From: an uncultured Anaerolineales bacterium
GTDB lineage: Bacteria > Chloroflexota > Anaerolineae > UBA7937 > B3-Chlor
Direction: 5' to 3'
DNA: 64,000 nt
Assembly (NCBI GenBank): GCA_964492135.1
Contig: CAZBJW010000004.1
Coordinates: forward strand, 294 to 64,293
Position numbers and translations under genes: made by a program. The notes under the pieces are model-generated. The model ran no database searches. It was given only the letters and a program-made list of their open reading frames with translations, and was not told the DNA's origin. Below are positions 55,410 to 64,000 of the stretch, piece by piece. Position 1 is the stretch's first letter. Every line of letters starts with the position of its first letter.

Positions 55410-56864
55410 ATGAATTGTCCTGGGGATAGGTTCCCCATCCCTATTAGATTTGGCACCGACGGCTGGCGGGGCGTCATCAGTGATGATTTCACCTTTGCCA
55501 ACCTTCGGCTAGTTGCCCAAGCGGTAGCCGATCACTTCACCGAGCAAGGGCAAGCCCAGAAGGGATTGGTCGTCGGATTCGATACTCGCTTCCTCTCCGA
55601 TCGCTATGCTATCGAGGTGAGCCGCGTGTTGGCGGCCAACGGCATCCAGGTCTACCTCACCAGGTCGGATTGTCCAACCCCGGCATTGTCTTACGCCATC
55701 ACCAATCTAAGCGCTGCTGGGGGCATCATGATCACGGCCAGCCACAACCCCCCTCGCTACAACGGCCTAAAGCTCAAAGCCTCTTTTGGCGGCTCCATGA
55801 TGCGCGAGGAGACACAACGAATCCAAGAGCGACTAGATATCCTGGCCACGAAAGAGAGATACCAGCCGAACCTCATGGACTATGAGGCCGCTCTGGCAGG
55901 GAAATCGATAAGCCGCATCGATCCTCTGCCAGCATATCTCGACCACATCCAATCCCTGGTGAACCTTGGACTCATCGGTCGATCTAGATTGCGAGTCGCC
56001 GTCGACCCCATGTACGGCGCGGCGCGAGGCTACGTCAAGGCCTTCTTACAAGAGGCTGGCTGCTATGCCAGAGAGATCCACGGGGAGATGAATCCTGGTT
56101 TCGGGGGGTTACACCCGGAGCCCATCGGCCGCAATCTAGAAGAGTTGATGGATCTGGTAGCTGCAGGACCCTACGATGTGGGCCTTGCAACTGACGGCGA
56201 TGGCGACCGCATCGGAGCTGTGGACGCTACTGGTCGCTTCGTCGATCCCCAGACCATATTCTGTCTGGTGCTGCGCCACTTGGTCGAGGAGCGGAAGCTT
56301 TCCGGAGCGGTGGTGAAAACCGTCTCCACGACGCAGGCCGCCAACGTGATGGCCGAAAGGTATGGACTGCCCCTCTTCGAGACACCCGTAGGCTTCAATC
56401 ACATCTGCGATCTGATTCTCAAGAACGATGTTCTCATCGGAGGGGAAGAAAGCGGTAGCATTACCATTAAAGAGCACATACCGGACGCCGATGGTATTCT
56501 CATGGCCCTACTGTTGGTGGAGATAATGGCCACCCATGACGAGCCTTTGCATGTCATCATCGACGAGATGATGCAGGAGATAGGTGCCTTTCGCTATGCG
56601 AGGGAGGATGTTCCTGTTGGTCCTTTCTCCAGGGAGGAGCTCTTAGATCGGCTGGTTGAAGAAGCCCCGGTCGACATCGGGGGTGTCAGAATAATTGGAG
56701 TGGGCAACACTGATGGCATCAAGTATCACCTACAGGATGGCAGTTGGCTTCTCATTCGTCCGTCGGGGACCGAGCCACTCTTGAGGATCTATGCCGAGGG
56801 AAGAAGTTGGGAGCAAGTAAAGAGGCTTCTCGCTGAAGGAAAAGCGTTGGCGGACAGTAGATAG
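55410..56864 (+). CDS. Phosphoglucomutase/phosphomannomutase family protein
   Basis: 484 aa with FGTDGWRG, the active-site loop ITASHNPPRYNGLK, the metal loop ATDGDGDRIGAVD, and GEESGS. Confidence 0.9.
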   Translation: MNCPGDRFPIPIRFGTDGWRGVISDDFTFANLRLVAQAVADHFTEQGQAQKGLVVGFDTRFLSDRYAIEVSRVLAANGIQVYLTRSDCPTPALSYAITNLSAAGGIMITASHNPPRYNGLKLKASFGGSMMREETQRIQERLDILATKERYQPNLMDYEAALAGKSISRIDPLPAYLDHIQSLVNLGLIGRSRLRVAVDPMYGAARGYVKAFLQEAGCYAREIHGEMNPGFGGLHPEPIGRNLEELMDLVAAGPYDVGLATDGDGDRIGAVDATGRFVDPQTIFCLVLRHLVEERKLSGAVVKTVSTTQAANVMAERYGLPLFETPVGFNHICDLILKNDVLIGGEESGSITIKEHIPDADGILMALLLVEIMATHDEPLHVIIDEMMQEIGAFRYAREDVPVGPFSREELLDRLVEEAPVDIGGVRIIGVGNTDGIKYHLQDGSWLLIRPSGTEPLLRIYAEGRSWEQVKRLLAEGKALADSR

Positions 56865-56892
56865 GTATCGGGTCGATTTTTGAGAGCAGAAA

Positions 56893-57126
56893 ATGAGGGC
56901 CCTTATCACCGGTGGCGCAGGCTTCCTGGGATCAGCGCTAGCGAACTATCTCGCCGAGGCTGGGCATCACGTCCGGGTGTTGGAGGATCTCAGCTCCGGT
57001 GATACGAGCCACTTGCACGCGCAGGTGTACTTCGAGAGAGGGATAATCAGGGACCTACCACGACCATGGGCCCCTTTGCGCAATGTAGAGTGTGTCTATC
57101 ATGCTGAGGCGGTTGCGAGGTCCTGA
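56893..57126 (+). pseudogene. N-terminal stub of an SDR epimerase/dehydratase
   Basis: MRALITGGAGFLGSALANYLAEAGHHVRVLEDLSSGD... ends after 77 codons, immediately before the RelE/Phd cassette. Confidence 0.65.
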
Positions 57127-57149
57127 TGACTACCGGTCGCGAGTCTTTT

Positions 57150-57434
57150 TCACCTTTGCCGTAGCCACTTTTCAAGATCTCTGCGATGAACTACGGCGAG
57201 GATATGGACCTCTTCACCGATGACTTCGTACAGAACCCTATGGTCCCCGACTCGCAATCGGACGAACTGATCCCGCTGTCCCTTGAGTCGCTTCCACTTC
57301 TTACCTGGAGGATAAGGGTCTTTTGCGAGGGCTAAGATCGCTCTGGTGAGCCTCTGTCGTTCATGAGGATCAAGAGAGCGGAGCTTTTTCGAGGGGCTGG
57401 CAGCGATCTTGAGGGCATACTGGGGGCTGGGCAA
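57150..57434 (-). CDS. RelE/ParE-family toxin
   Basis: 94 aa with LKGQRDQFVRLRVGDHRVLYEVIGEEVHILAVVHRRD. Confidence 0.8.
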   Translation of the reverse strand: MPSPQYALKIAASPSKKLRSLDPHERQRLTRAILALAKDPYPPGKKWKRLKGQRDQFVRLRVGDHRVLYEVIGEEVHILAVVHRRDLEKWLRQR

Positions 57435-57450
57435 CGGTCAAACCTCTGTG

Positions 57451-57711
57451 TTATTCGCGCAGGGATTCTTTGAGGGTTTCCTCGGTTTGAAACTGACCGC
57501 TCTCAATCTCAGTTCGTGCTTTGGAGCGAAGATCTGCGAAGAACGGATGCCGAGCAAGGATGTAATCTTCCAGATCATCCTCGGTTATGGGTGTGAGCAA
57601 GCCAACTGGGGTACCACGGTAGGTAATGATAAACTCTCTCCCCTTTTCCCGAACCTGCTTGATTATGTCTGTAGCATGGGCTTTCAGCTCTCTGACGCCC
57701 ACGGTGGGCAT
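57451..57711 (-). CDS. Phd/YefM-family antitoxin
   Basis: Start moved to the internal ATG (57711), which has GGAGG upstream. Product begins MPTVGVRELKAHATDIIKQVREKGREFIITYRGTPVGLLTPI. Confidence 0.8.
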   Translation of the reverse strand: MPTVGVRELKAHATDIIKQVREKGREFIITYRGTPVGLLTPITEDDLEDYILARHPFFADLRSKARTEIESGQFQTEETLKESLRE

Positions 57712-58293
57712 AAGCACCTCCTGTGGTCGCATTGGTGACCACATTATATCGCAGAAAGACGAATTTGTCAAAAGAGATAGGGTTCCTGCAGTCGGTCAAG
57801 GTGATGTCCAGATTGCGGAAGATGGGCTCTATAATGGCGAACCGAATCATGGGAGAGTCTCTTTTCTATCATCGAGAAGCGAAGACTCTGCTGATGCGGC
57901 GTAGAGACGGGACATGGTTAGGGTTGTACCATTCATCTCCCGTTTCACGGTGGCTACGTGTCCTTTCGCCCATGCGAGTGCGCAGGATGGCCGATTACGG
58001 TAGTTTCACAAGATACTCAGGGTTCTGGGCTGTCGAGGGCAGTAGCAATCTGCAAGGTGATATCTTTCGCTAGTCTATCTATCAAGTGTGTGCAGATCCC
58101 TGTGGTGGCTAGGCTTGCATGAGACGTCCCCCCATCTGACTTGGACGTCTGCAAACATACCTTGGGGAATTTGTGCCAGTATAGTGTAGACCGCGATGGA
58201 CTTTCGCAAGGCATACCTGGACAAAACGGAAGTGTACTACTCCACCGACTAGATGAGGGTCGTGCTAAGTGATAACATCACAAAGGAAGGGTG

Positions 58294-58476
58294 ATGTTGA
58301 ATAGCAGGCGGAGTTTCCCTGCAGCCGGGGCCGCCATTTTTCTTCTGTGGATACTTTTCTCCCTGCTAGCCATTGCCTACGTTGGAGATCGCCCCTACCT
58401 TGGCCTAACAATCGCCCTGACCGGAGGCGTGATCATAGGTCTGGTCTGCATGCGGACCTTCGAGTCCAAGTCATAG
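58294..58476 (+). CDS. Small two-TM membrane protein, paralog B
   Basis: MLNSRRSFPAAGAAIFLLWILFSLLAIAYVGDRPYLGLTIALTGGVIIGLVCMRTFESKS, with AAGGAAGGG upstream. Confidence 0.5.
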   Translation: MLNSRRSFPAAGAAIFLLWILFSLLAIAYVGDRPYLGLTIALTGGVIIGLVCMRTFESKS

Positions 58477-58508
58477 CGGGGTTGTTGATGAAAGACGGAA
58501 GTGAGGAT

Positions 58509-59072
58509 ATGCGGCGAGCCATCTTTCTGGATCGTGACGGCGTCCTAAATGAGAATAGAAGAGATTACGTCAAAAGCTGGCAGGAAATTGTCTTTCTCCC
58601 CCGAGTCTTCGAAGCTCTCCGGGAGCTGGCCCGAAGGAACTGGTTGGTTTTGGTAGTCACCAATCAATCGGCCATCAATCGGGGGCTGGTCTCTCAGGCC
58701 TCAGTGGACGACATCCATCGTCGAATGTTGGATTCCATTGAGCGCCGCGGGGGACGGATCGAGGCGGTGCTGTACTGCCCTCACCGGCCGGAAGAGAACT
58801 GCGATTGCCGTAAGCCTCGGGCAGGCCTCCTCCTACAGGCAGCGGAGCAATTCAACATCGATTTGAGCCGCTCGTACCTCATCGGCGACGCCTTGAGCGA
58901 CATCATCGCCGGGCTAGGCGCAGGTTGCCGGCCCATCCTGGTTCTCACGGGGAGAGGGCGAGAGGAATTGGTTCGCCTCAGGACGGGGGGGCACGGCGGA
59001 TATCGGGTAGCAGCAGACCTCTGGGAGGCTGTTGATGTGATCATAACGGAAAATGAAGGGAAGAATCACTAG
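58509..59072 (+). CDS. gmhB: D,D-heptose 1,7-bisphosphate phosphatase (HAD superfamily)
   Basis: MRRAIFLDRDGVLNENRRDYVKSWQEIVFLP...VVTNQSAINRG...LYCPHRPEENCDCRKPRAGLL...YLIGDALSDIIAG. The start was chosen by homology to the paralog; an upstream ATG at 58488 is possible. Confidence 0.8.
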   Translation: MRRAIFLDRDGVLNENRRDYVKSWQEIVFLPRVFEALRELARRNWLVLVVTNQSAINRGLVSQASVDDIHRRMLDSIERRGGRIEAVLYCPHRPEENCDCRKPRAGLLLQAAEQFNIDLSRSYLIGDALSDIIAGLGAGCRPILVLTGRGREELVRLRTGGHGGYRVAADLWEAVDVIITENEGKNH

Positions 59073-59140
59073 AACAGTCTATCACAGACGATCTCGCTAG
59101 GAAACGGATGGTGCTTTGTCCAATGAACATCGGCAAGTGA

Positions 59141-60517
59141 GTGGTTAGAGTGGTGAGGCAGAACTTCGTGGGTGTCAGGCGGGTCTTGCGCTGGATGATG
59201 AACGTCGTTATGGGCGTTGAGATCTGGCTGCTCATAATCTTGTACGTCATGCTTGTTTTCTCTGACCGCATCCCCATCGCTGGACTTGCCGCCCTATGCC
59301 TGATCTGGATCGCCCGCCGGGTGACGACCGGTACCTTGAGCGCAAGGACCCCTATGGATATGCCCATCCTGGGGATCCTGATCATGGTGCCGGTGAGTCT
59401 ATATGCCTCTGTGGACTGGACACTGAGTCTGCCCAAAGTGCATGGGGTTATCCTCGGGGTTGCTCTCTTCTATGCGGTGGTCAATCGGGTTCGTACAGTG
59501 CGAGAGGTTTGGCTCGCAGCTTTCGGTGTGGTTTTGATCAGCGCGGCTTCCGCTCTCCTGGGAGTTGTGGGTACCGATTGGTTTGAAAGTAAACTCTTCG
59601 CCTTGCCCCATATCTATGGCCGCCTGCCTCATCTGATTCGAGGAATACCTCGGTCCCTAAGGGGAGGGTTTCACCCCAATGGCATAGGAGGAACGTTGAT
59701 CTTCTTCGTGCCCGTACTGGTGAGTCTGATCCTAGCCAGCGGTGACCTCAAGCGCACCCAGTTTGTGGCTGACGATCTGCTCCTTCGCCTCTGGCGAGCA
59801 TGGCATCGCCATATTCTTGTTGGGTGCCTACTGGTCACCTTATCCACCCTCATCCTGACGAAATCCCGGGGCTCGTTTATCGGGGTGGCTGTGGGCCTTT
59901 TGGCTCTGGGGATATGGCGGGACCGTCGGTTTCTGTGGATCATCCCCGCAGCAGCCTTGGGCCTCTTCGTGGCAGTTCAGGTCTGGGGAGAGGAGGCGCT
60001 GGTGCAGTTCGCGTTACGTATGGATATCGTCGGCGGAGGCATTACGGGTACCATGCAGAGCCGGATGGAGGTATGGCAGAGGGCGATATACATGATCCAG
60101 GACTTCCCTTACACGGGCATCGGGATCGGCACCTTTGATAAAGTGGCCAACGCCATGTATCCTTTTTTCCTGTTGGGGCCTGATGCCAAAGTTACCCACG
60201 CGCACAATACGTTGCTTGAAGTCGGTGTAGACCTGGGGATCCCCGGTTTGCTGGCGTACGTGGCGCTTTTAACCTGTTTTGCGGTCGCTGCCTGGAGTGC
60301 TTATCACACCCTGAGCGACAGGGCGTTGCAAGCGTTGATCGTGGGGCTGGCTTGTGGAATGTTGGCCCATCAGGTCTTCGGGCTAACCGATGCTTTTCTA
60401 CTAGGCACCAAGCCTGGCGTGGTCATGTGGGCGTTCCTGGGTCTCGTGGGTGGCTTGTATGTACACCGGAAGAGCTTGGGGCGTGGCCTTAAGGCGGGCT
60501 CGGCCTCAACGACCTAG
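59141..60517 (+). CDS. O-antigen ligase/polymerase family (Wzy_C-type) membrane protein
   Basis: 458 aa, polytopic. LTKSRGSFIGVAVGLLALG and HAHNTLLEVGVDLGIPGLLAYVALL are typical of the family. Confidence 0.75.
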   Translation: MVRVVRQNFVGVRRVLRWMMNVVMGVEIWLLIILYVMLVFSDRIPIAGLAALCLIWIARRVTTGTLSARTPMDMPILGILIMVPVSLYASVDWTLSLPKVHGVILGVALFYAVVNRVRTVREVWLAAFGVVLISAASALLGVVGTDWFESKLFALPHIYGRLPHLIRGIPRSLRGGFHPNGIGGTLIFFVPVLVSLILASGDLKRTQFVADDLLLRLWRAWHRHILVGCLLVTLSTLILTKSRGSFIGVAVGLLALGIWRDRRFLWIIPAAALGLFVAVQVWGEEALVQFALRMDIVGGGITGTMQSRMEVWQRAIYMIQDFPYTGIGIGTFDKVANAMYPFFLLGPDAKVTHAHNTLLEVGVDLGIPGLLAYVALLTCFAVAAWSAYHTLSDRALQALIVGLACGMLAHQVFGLTDAFLLGTKPGVVMWAFLGLVGGLYVHRKSLGRGLKAGSASTT

Positions 60518-60607
60518 GGGCAGCCAGCCCTAGGTCGCAGATCAGGCTGATATCGAGAAGACGAAGAGGGATACTGGGGTGGAGGCTTCAGAAGGGGCAA
60601 CGAGACG

Positions 60608-61660
60608 ATGATCTTATGGGATAAGGCCAACGGCCTGTGGCAGCAGGCAAACATCCGGGGAGTCCGGATTGCTGTGGGCACCGTCCTCAGTCTGGTCTTC
60701 CTGTGGCTGGCCTTCCGGGATGTGCCCATCTCCCAGGTCATTGCGGTCTTCGCGCGGGCCGATTATAGATTCGTGGCCTTTGCCCTACTCTTGGTCCTCA
60801 TCAGCCCTCTCCTACGGGCAGCCCGCTGGAAACTTCTGTATCATCCGGATCAAGATGGCTTGCGCCACTACAGGTTGGCTATCTTTCTCCTCATCAGCCA
60901 GATGCTCAACATCGTCGCCCCCGCCCGCCTGGGGGAGGTGGCCCGTATTTACTTCATGGGCCGCCTCGAGGGTCGCAGCCGGGCTCGTACCTTGGGCACC
61001 ATCGCAGTGGAGAAATGGCTGGACATCCTCATGCTCTTTCTCTTAGTGCTAGTCGTCCCCCTCTTCGTCTCTCCTCCCCCCTGGTTTCAAGGCTCCTGGG
61101 CAACGCTGGCCCTGTTCGCTTTCGCCTTTTTCGCCATCGCGCTCCTAGCCTCCTACAGCAAGGGTCAGCTTTTGAGAGTCGTAGAATTCCTCTCCCGCCT
61201 CTTACCGAAGAGCTGGCGAGCGCGAGTTCACCGCACGACCGGCCTGGCCCTGGACAGTTTAGATGTCTTGCGCTCTCCCTGGGTGGGACTTCTGCTACAA
61301 GGCTGGTCTCTTCTCATCTGGGGCCTTAGCATATTCATCAATTATGTCATCTTTCTAGCCGTAGGCTTCTCTCTCCCCTTCACTGCCGCCATCTTTCTGT
61401 TGGCTGTGCTTCAGGTAGGAGTGGCTATCCCCTCGGCTCCGGGCAAGGTAGGGATCTTCCATTACTTATGCGTATTGGCTCTAGCTACTTTCGGGGTGGA
61501 GAAAGGGGCCGCTTTGGCGTATGCTGTACTCCTCTACTTCGTGGTGTTCGGCCCGCCCTCGATCCTAGGTGCCTTCTTCCTTTGGTGGGAGAGTGTGCAT
61601 CGGGAGAGGGTGAGCCTGGCTGTCTCGGGAAGCGAGTCATGCACCAGCGATCCCCATTGA
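60608..61660 (+). CDS. Flippase-like membrane protein (UPF0104 / lysyl-PG-synthase TM-domain family)
   Basis: 350 aa with LSLVFLWLAFRDVPISQVIAVFARADYRFVAFALLLVLISPLLRAARWKLL and ARLGEVARIYF. Confidence 0.65.
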   Translation: MILWDKANGLWQQANIRGVRIAVGTVLSLVFLWLAFRDVPISQVIAVFARADYRFVAFALLLVLISPLLRAARWKLLYHPDQDGLRHYRLAIFLLISQMLNIVAPARLGEVARIYFMGRLEGRSRARTLGTIAVEKWLDILMLFLLVLVVPLFVSPPPWFQGSWATLALFAFAFFAIALLASYSKGQLLRVVEFLSRLLPKSWRARVHRTTGLALDSLDVLRSPWVGLLLQGWSLLIWGLSIFINYVIFLAVGFSLPFTAAIFLLAVLQVGVAIPSAPGKVGIFHYLCVLALATFGVEKGAALAYAVLLYFVVFGPPSILGAFFLWWESVHRERVSLAVSGSESCTSDPH

Positions 61661-62667
61661 TCTCCGTCGTCATCCCCGCCTACAACGCCGCTGAGACCTT
61701 AGAGCCATGTCTGGAGGCCTTGGAAAGCCAGACATTGGCCCGGGGCCAGTACGAGGTGATCGTGGTGGATGATGGCTCCGCCGACGCAACGGCTGAGATC
61801 GCTAGAGGTCATGAATCGGTGGCACCCCTATTCCAATCCCACAAGGGTCCAGCGGCGGCTAGAAACCTAGGAACCAGGCACGCAAGGGGGCCCATTGTCC
61901 TTTTCACCGACGCCGACTGCGTCCCTAGCCCTGATTGGATCGAGGCCATGAGTGCGCCATTCTCAGATGACGAGGTTACAGGAGTGGGCGGGGTCATCCG
62001 CACCCACCAGCGAGGCTTAGTTCCCCGCTTCATCCAACTAGAGTTTGACGACCGCTTCGAGAGGCTCGCCAAATACCCCTCTATCGACTTCATCTGTACG
62101 GCAACAGGGGGCTTCAGGAGAGATGTCTTTCTGGAGAGCGGAGGCTTCCGTGAGGATCTTCTAGGCGCCGAGGACGCGGAATTCTCCTTCCGGTTGGCCA
62201 GTGCCGGCCACGAAATGGTCTTCGTCCCCCAGGCCATCGTTTATCACTCCCACCCGCAATCCCTCTTGGAATACGCCCGGCGAAAGTGCACCTACGCCTA
62301 TTGGAGGCTCATGGTCTATCTGGGGCACCCGCACAAGGTCATAGTCGATTCCCGCACCCCGCAGACCCAGAAGGTCCAAATCGGTCTCGTGTTTCTCCTG
62401 GTAGTTGCCGCTCTGGGGGCCATCTTCTGGAGAGGAATCATCTGGCTAGCTGGAGGGCTCTTAGCCTTATTTCTCCTGACGGCTTTGCCCTTCTGGTGGA
62501 AAAGCGTGCGCCGGGATATAGTAGTCGGTGCTTTCCTGCCCTTGCTTCTCTTGGTGGGCACTGCCTCGGTGGCGGCTGGGCTGGCGACTGGGGCGGTCTG
62601 CTATGGGATACAAGAGATGATCCGGAGATCAGGGGTCGGCGGTCAGACGGCGTCTCCTGATCTATAA
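61639..62667 (+). CDS. GT2-family glycosyltransferase with C-terminal TM helices
   Basis: MHQRSPLISVVIPAYNAAETLEPCLEALESQT...VIVVDDGSADAT...FTDADCVP...GAEDAEFSFRL, followed by 3-4 hydrophobic segments. The start overlaps the upstream gene. Confidence 0.85.
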   Translation: MHQRSPLISVVIPAYNAAETLEPCLEALESQTLARGQYEVIVVDDGSADATAEIARGHESVAPLFQSHKGPAAARNLGTRHARGPIVLFTDADCVPSPDWIEAMSAPFSDDEVTGVGGVIRTHQRGLVPRFIQLEFDDRFERLAKYPSIDFICTATGGFRRDVFLESGGFREDLLGAEDAEFSFRLASAGHEMVFVPQAIVYHSHPQSLLEYARRKCTYAYWRLMVYLGHPHKVIVDSRTPQTQKVQIGLVFLLVVAALGAIFWRGIIWLAGGLLALFLLTALPFWWKSVRRDIVVGAFLPLLLLVGTASVAAGLATGAVCYGIQEMIRRSGVGGQTASPDL

Positions 62668-62798
62668 TCATCAGTGATTGCCCCTTCCCTACCTGGAGTG
62701 CACAAGCTCCGTTTGTACCCTGATCGAAACCGAGAGTTTCTTTGTCCAAAATCTCACCGCTGCGCTGTCTGATGAACCTGTCCAACATGGAAGGAAAC

Positions 62799-64000
62799 AT
62801 GGATCTTAGGTGGCATCTTCAGATATCCGCACGAAAGACCCTGCTAACCGTAGGGGATTTCATACTGGTGAACGGCGCTGCGTTGATCACGCTTTGGGTA
62901 TGGACGTTGCAAGACCCTGGGCAAAGTTTTTCTGGGGGATTCGTCCTCTCCCAGGCGCATTGGTTCGGCATTCTGATAGCCCTCTGGCTCCTCTCGGCTT
63001 CCCTTAACAACCTCTATAGCCTCAGGGTGGCCAGCGACCTTCGGTCTACCGCCATGAGCCTGGTCAGGACCACGGCCTTAGTGCTCCTGATCCATCTGAT
63101 GATCCACTTTCTCGCTCCATGGCAGTTGCTTCCCCTGAGGGTGGTTCTTTATCACACTTTGGGAACCCTCGTCCTGCTTGGCCTCTGGCGCGGGGCCTAC
63201 ACCGTTCTCTTCAGCCCTCCTGCCTTTCGGCGCCGAGCTGTTGTGGTAGGAACTGGACAAGCCGGCGAAGCCATCGTCCGGGCCATCCGCGAGAACCTTC
63301 CCTCAGAATACGAGTTGCTTGGCTTCATGGACAACGATCCGGCAAAACAAGGGCAAATCATCGAAGGACTGCCCATCATCGGAACGCGGCGGGACCTAGT
63401 CGCCTTGGTGAAGGCGAAGGACGTCTCCGAGATCATCTTGGCCGTCACGGGCGAGATGGACCAGGAGTTCATGCGGGCGGTTGTGGAGAGCGAAGGGCAA
63501 GGGTTACAGATTACCCCCATGGCCTTCCTCTACGAGGAGATCACTGGTCGAGTGCCAGTGGAACATATGGGGGATAACTGGTTCCCAGTGCTGCCTCGTA
63601 ACAGCGGGGCAGTCGGTCACCTATACCCATGTCTCAAGCGCTCCACGGATATCCTCGCCGCTAGCGTTGGGCTAGCTATCGTCGCCTGCCTCCTCCCCGT
63701 CTTAGCGCTGGCCATCTACCTCGATTCACCGGGGCCGATTTTCTACGTCCAAGAGCGGGTGGGCAAGGGTGGTCGCGTCTTTGACCTCCTGAAGTTCCGC
63801 TCCATGGTCCCTGACGCCGAGGTGAACGGTGGAGCTGTCTGGGCTGAGGAAAACGATCCTCGCGTTACCCGGGTGGGCCGCTTTCTCCGCCGCACAATGC
63901 TGGACGAACTGCCCCAATTCATCAATGTCTTACGGGGGGAGATGAGCATCGTTGGTCCCCGACCAGAGCGGCCGTTTTTCGACGATCAGCTCGCGGAGGA
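62799..64000 (+). CDS. WbaP-like polyprenyl glycosylphosphotransferase (3-prime partial, runs off the window)
   Basis: This open frame is not in the ORF track because there is no stop before the window end. It reads MDLRWHLQISARKTLLTVGDFILVNGAALITLW...RRRAVVVGTGQAGEAI...KRSTDILAASVGLAIVACLLPVLALAIYLDSPGPIFYVQERVGKGGRVFDLLKFRSM...NDPRVTRVGRFLRRTMLDELPQFINVLRGEMSIVGPRPERP. In-frame ATGs at 62772 and 62787 are alternative starts. Confidence 0.85.
   Translation, partial: MDLRWHLQISARKTLLTVGDFILVNGAALITLWVWTLQDPGQSFSGGFVLSQAHWFGILIALWLLSASLNNLYSLRVASDLRSTAMSLVRTTALVLLIHLMIHFLAPWQLLPLRVVLYHTLGTLVLLGLWRGAYTVLFSPPAFRRRAVVVGTGQAGEAIVRAIRENLPSEYELLGFMDNDPAKQGQIIEGLPIIGTRRDLVALVKAKDVSEIILAVTGEMDQEFMRAVVESEGQGLQITPMAFLYEEITGRVPVEHMGDNWFPVLPRNSGAVGHLYPCLKRSTDILAASVGLAIVACLLPVLALAIYLDSPGPIFYVQERVGKGGRVFDLLKFRSMVPDAEVNGGAVWAEENDPRVTRVGRFLRRTMLDELPQFINVLRGEMSIVGPRPERPFFDDQLAE

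Overview
GC-rich bacterial chromosome segment; the taxon cannot be identified from the sequence alone. No rRNA, tRNA or CRISPR array was found. The window has two parts.

(1) About 0.1-14.9 kb. A Wzz/BY-tyrosine-kinase gene is followed by a mosaic accessory island. The island contains:
- a CI/Cro-like switch (S24 repressor plus a small HTH protein, with clustered CTTAAG palindromes);
- two diverged copies of an ImmA/IrrE-like gene;
- a HEPN-MNT toxin-antitoxin pair;
- a second divergent switch: XRE+ImmA on one side, and on the other a frameshifted LexA-type winged-helix gene behind a perfect consensus promoter;
- downstream of that switch, a membrane-anchored coupling-protein-like P-loop ATPase and a tandem replication-relaxation protein.

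The island is bordered by gene wreckage: ABC-2 permease, HD-GYP, DUF72 and vapC remnants.

(2) About 14.9-64 kb. This is a very large, almost entirely plus-strand cell-surface glycan locus that looks stitched together from several cassettes. It contains:
- 2 Wzx flippases and 2 Wzy/O-antigen-ligase-like proteins;
- 3 polyprenyl-phosphate sugar-phosphate transferases, one with a broken catalytic dyad;
- many GT2/GT4 glycosyltransferases;
- a pathway for a CDP-3,6-dideoxyhexose derivative (rfbF/G/H plus a GNAT::aminotransferase fusion plus a split transketolase);
- a GDP-mannose 3,5-epimerase;
- a pathway for a 2,3-diacetamido sugar (WbpB/E/D-like);
- a pathway for GDP-D-glycero-D-manno-heptose (gmhA, hddA, gmhB, hddC-like).

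The main operon is headed by an unusual WbaP-N-terminal-domain::excisionase-HTH fusion protein and a specialised NusG paralog. Its seams carry pseudogene fragments: an integrase, IS110-like and IS200-like remnants, half genes and a RelE/Phd cassette.

All family calls rest on motif recognition by eye. No database search was run.
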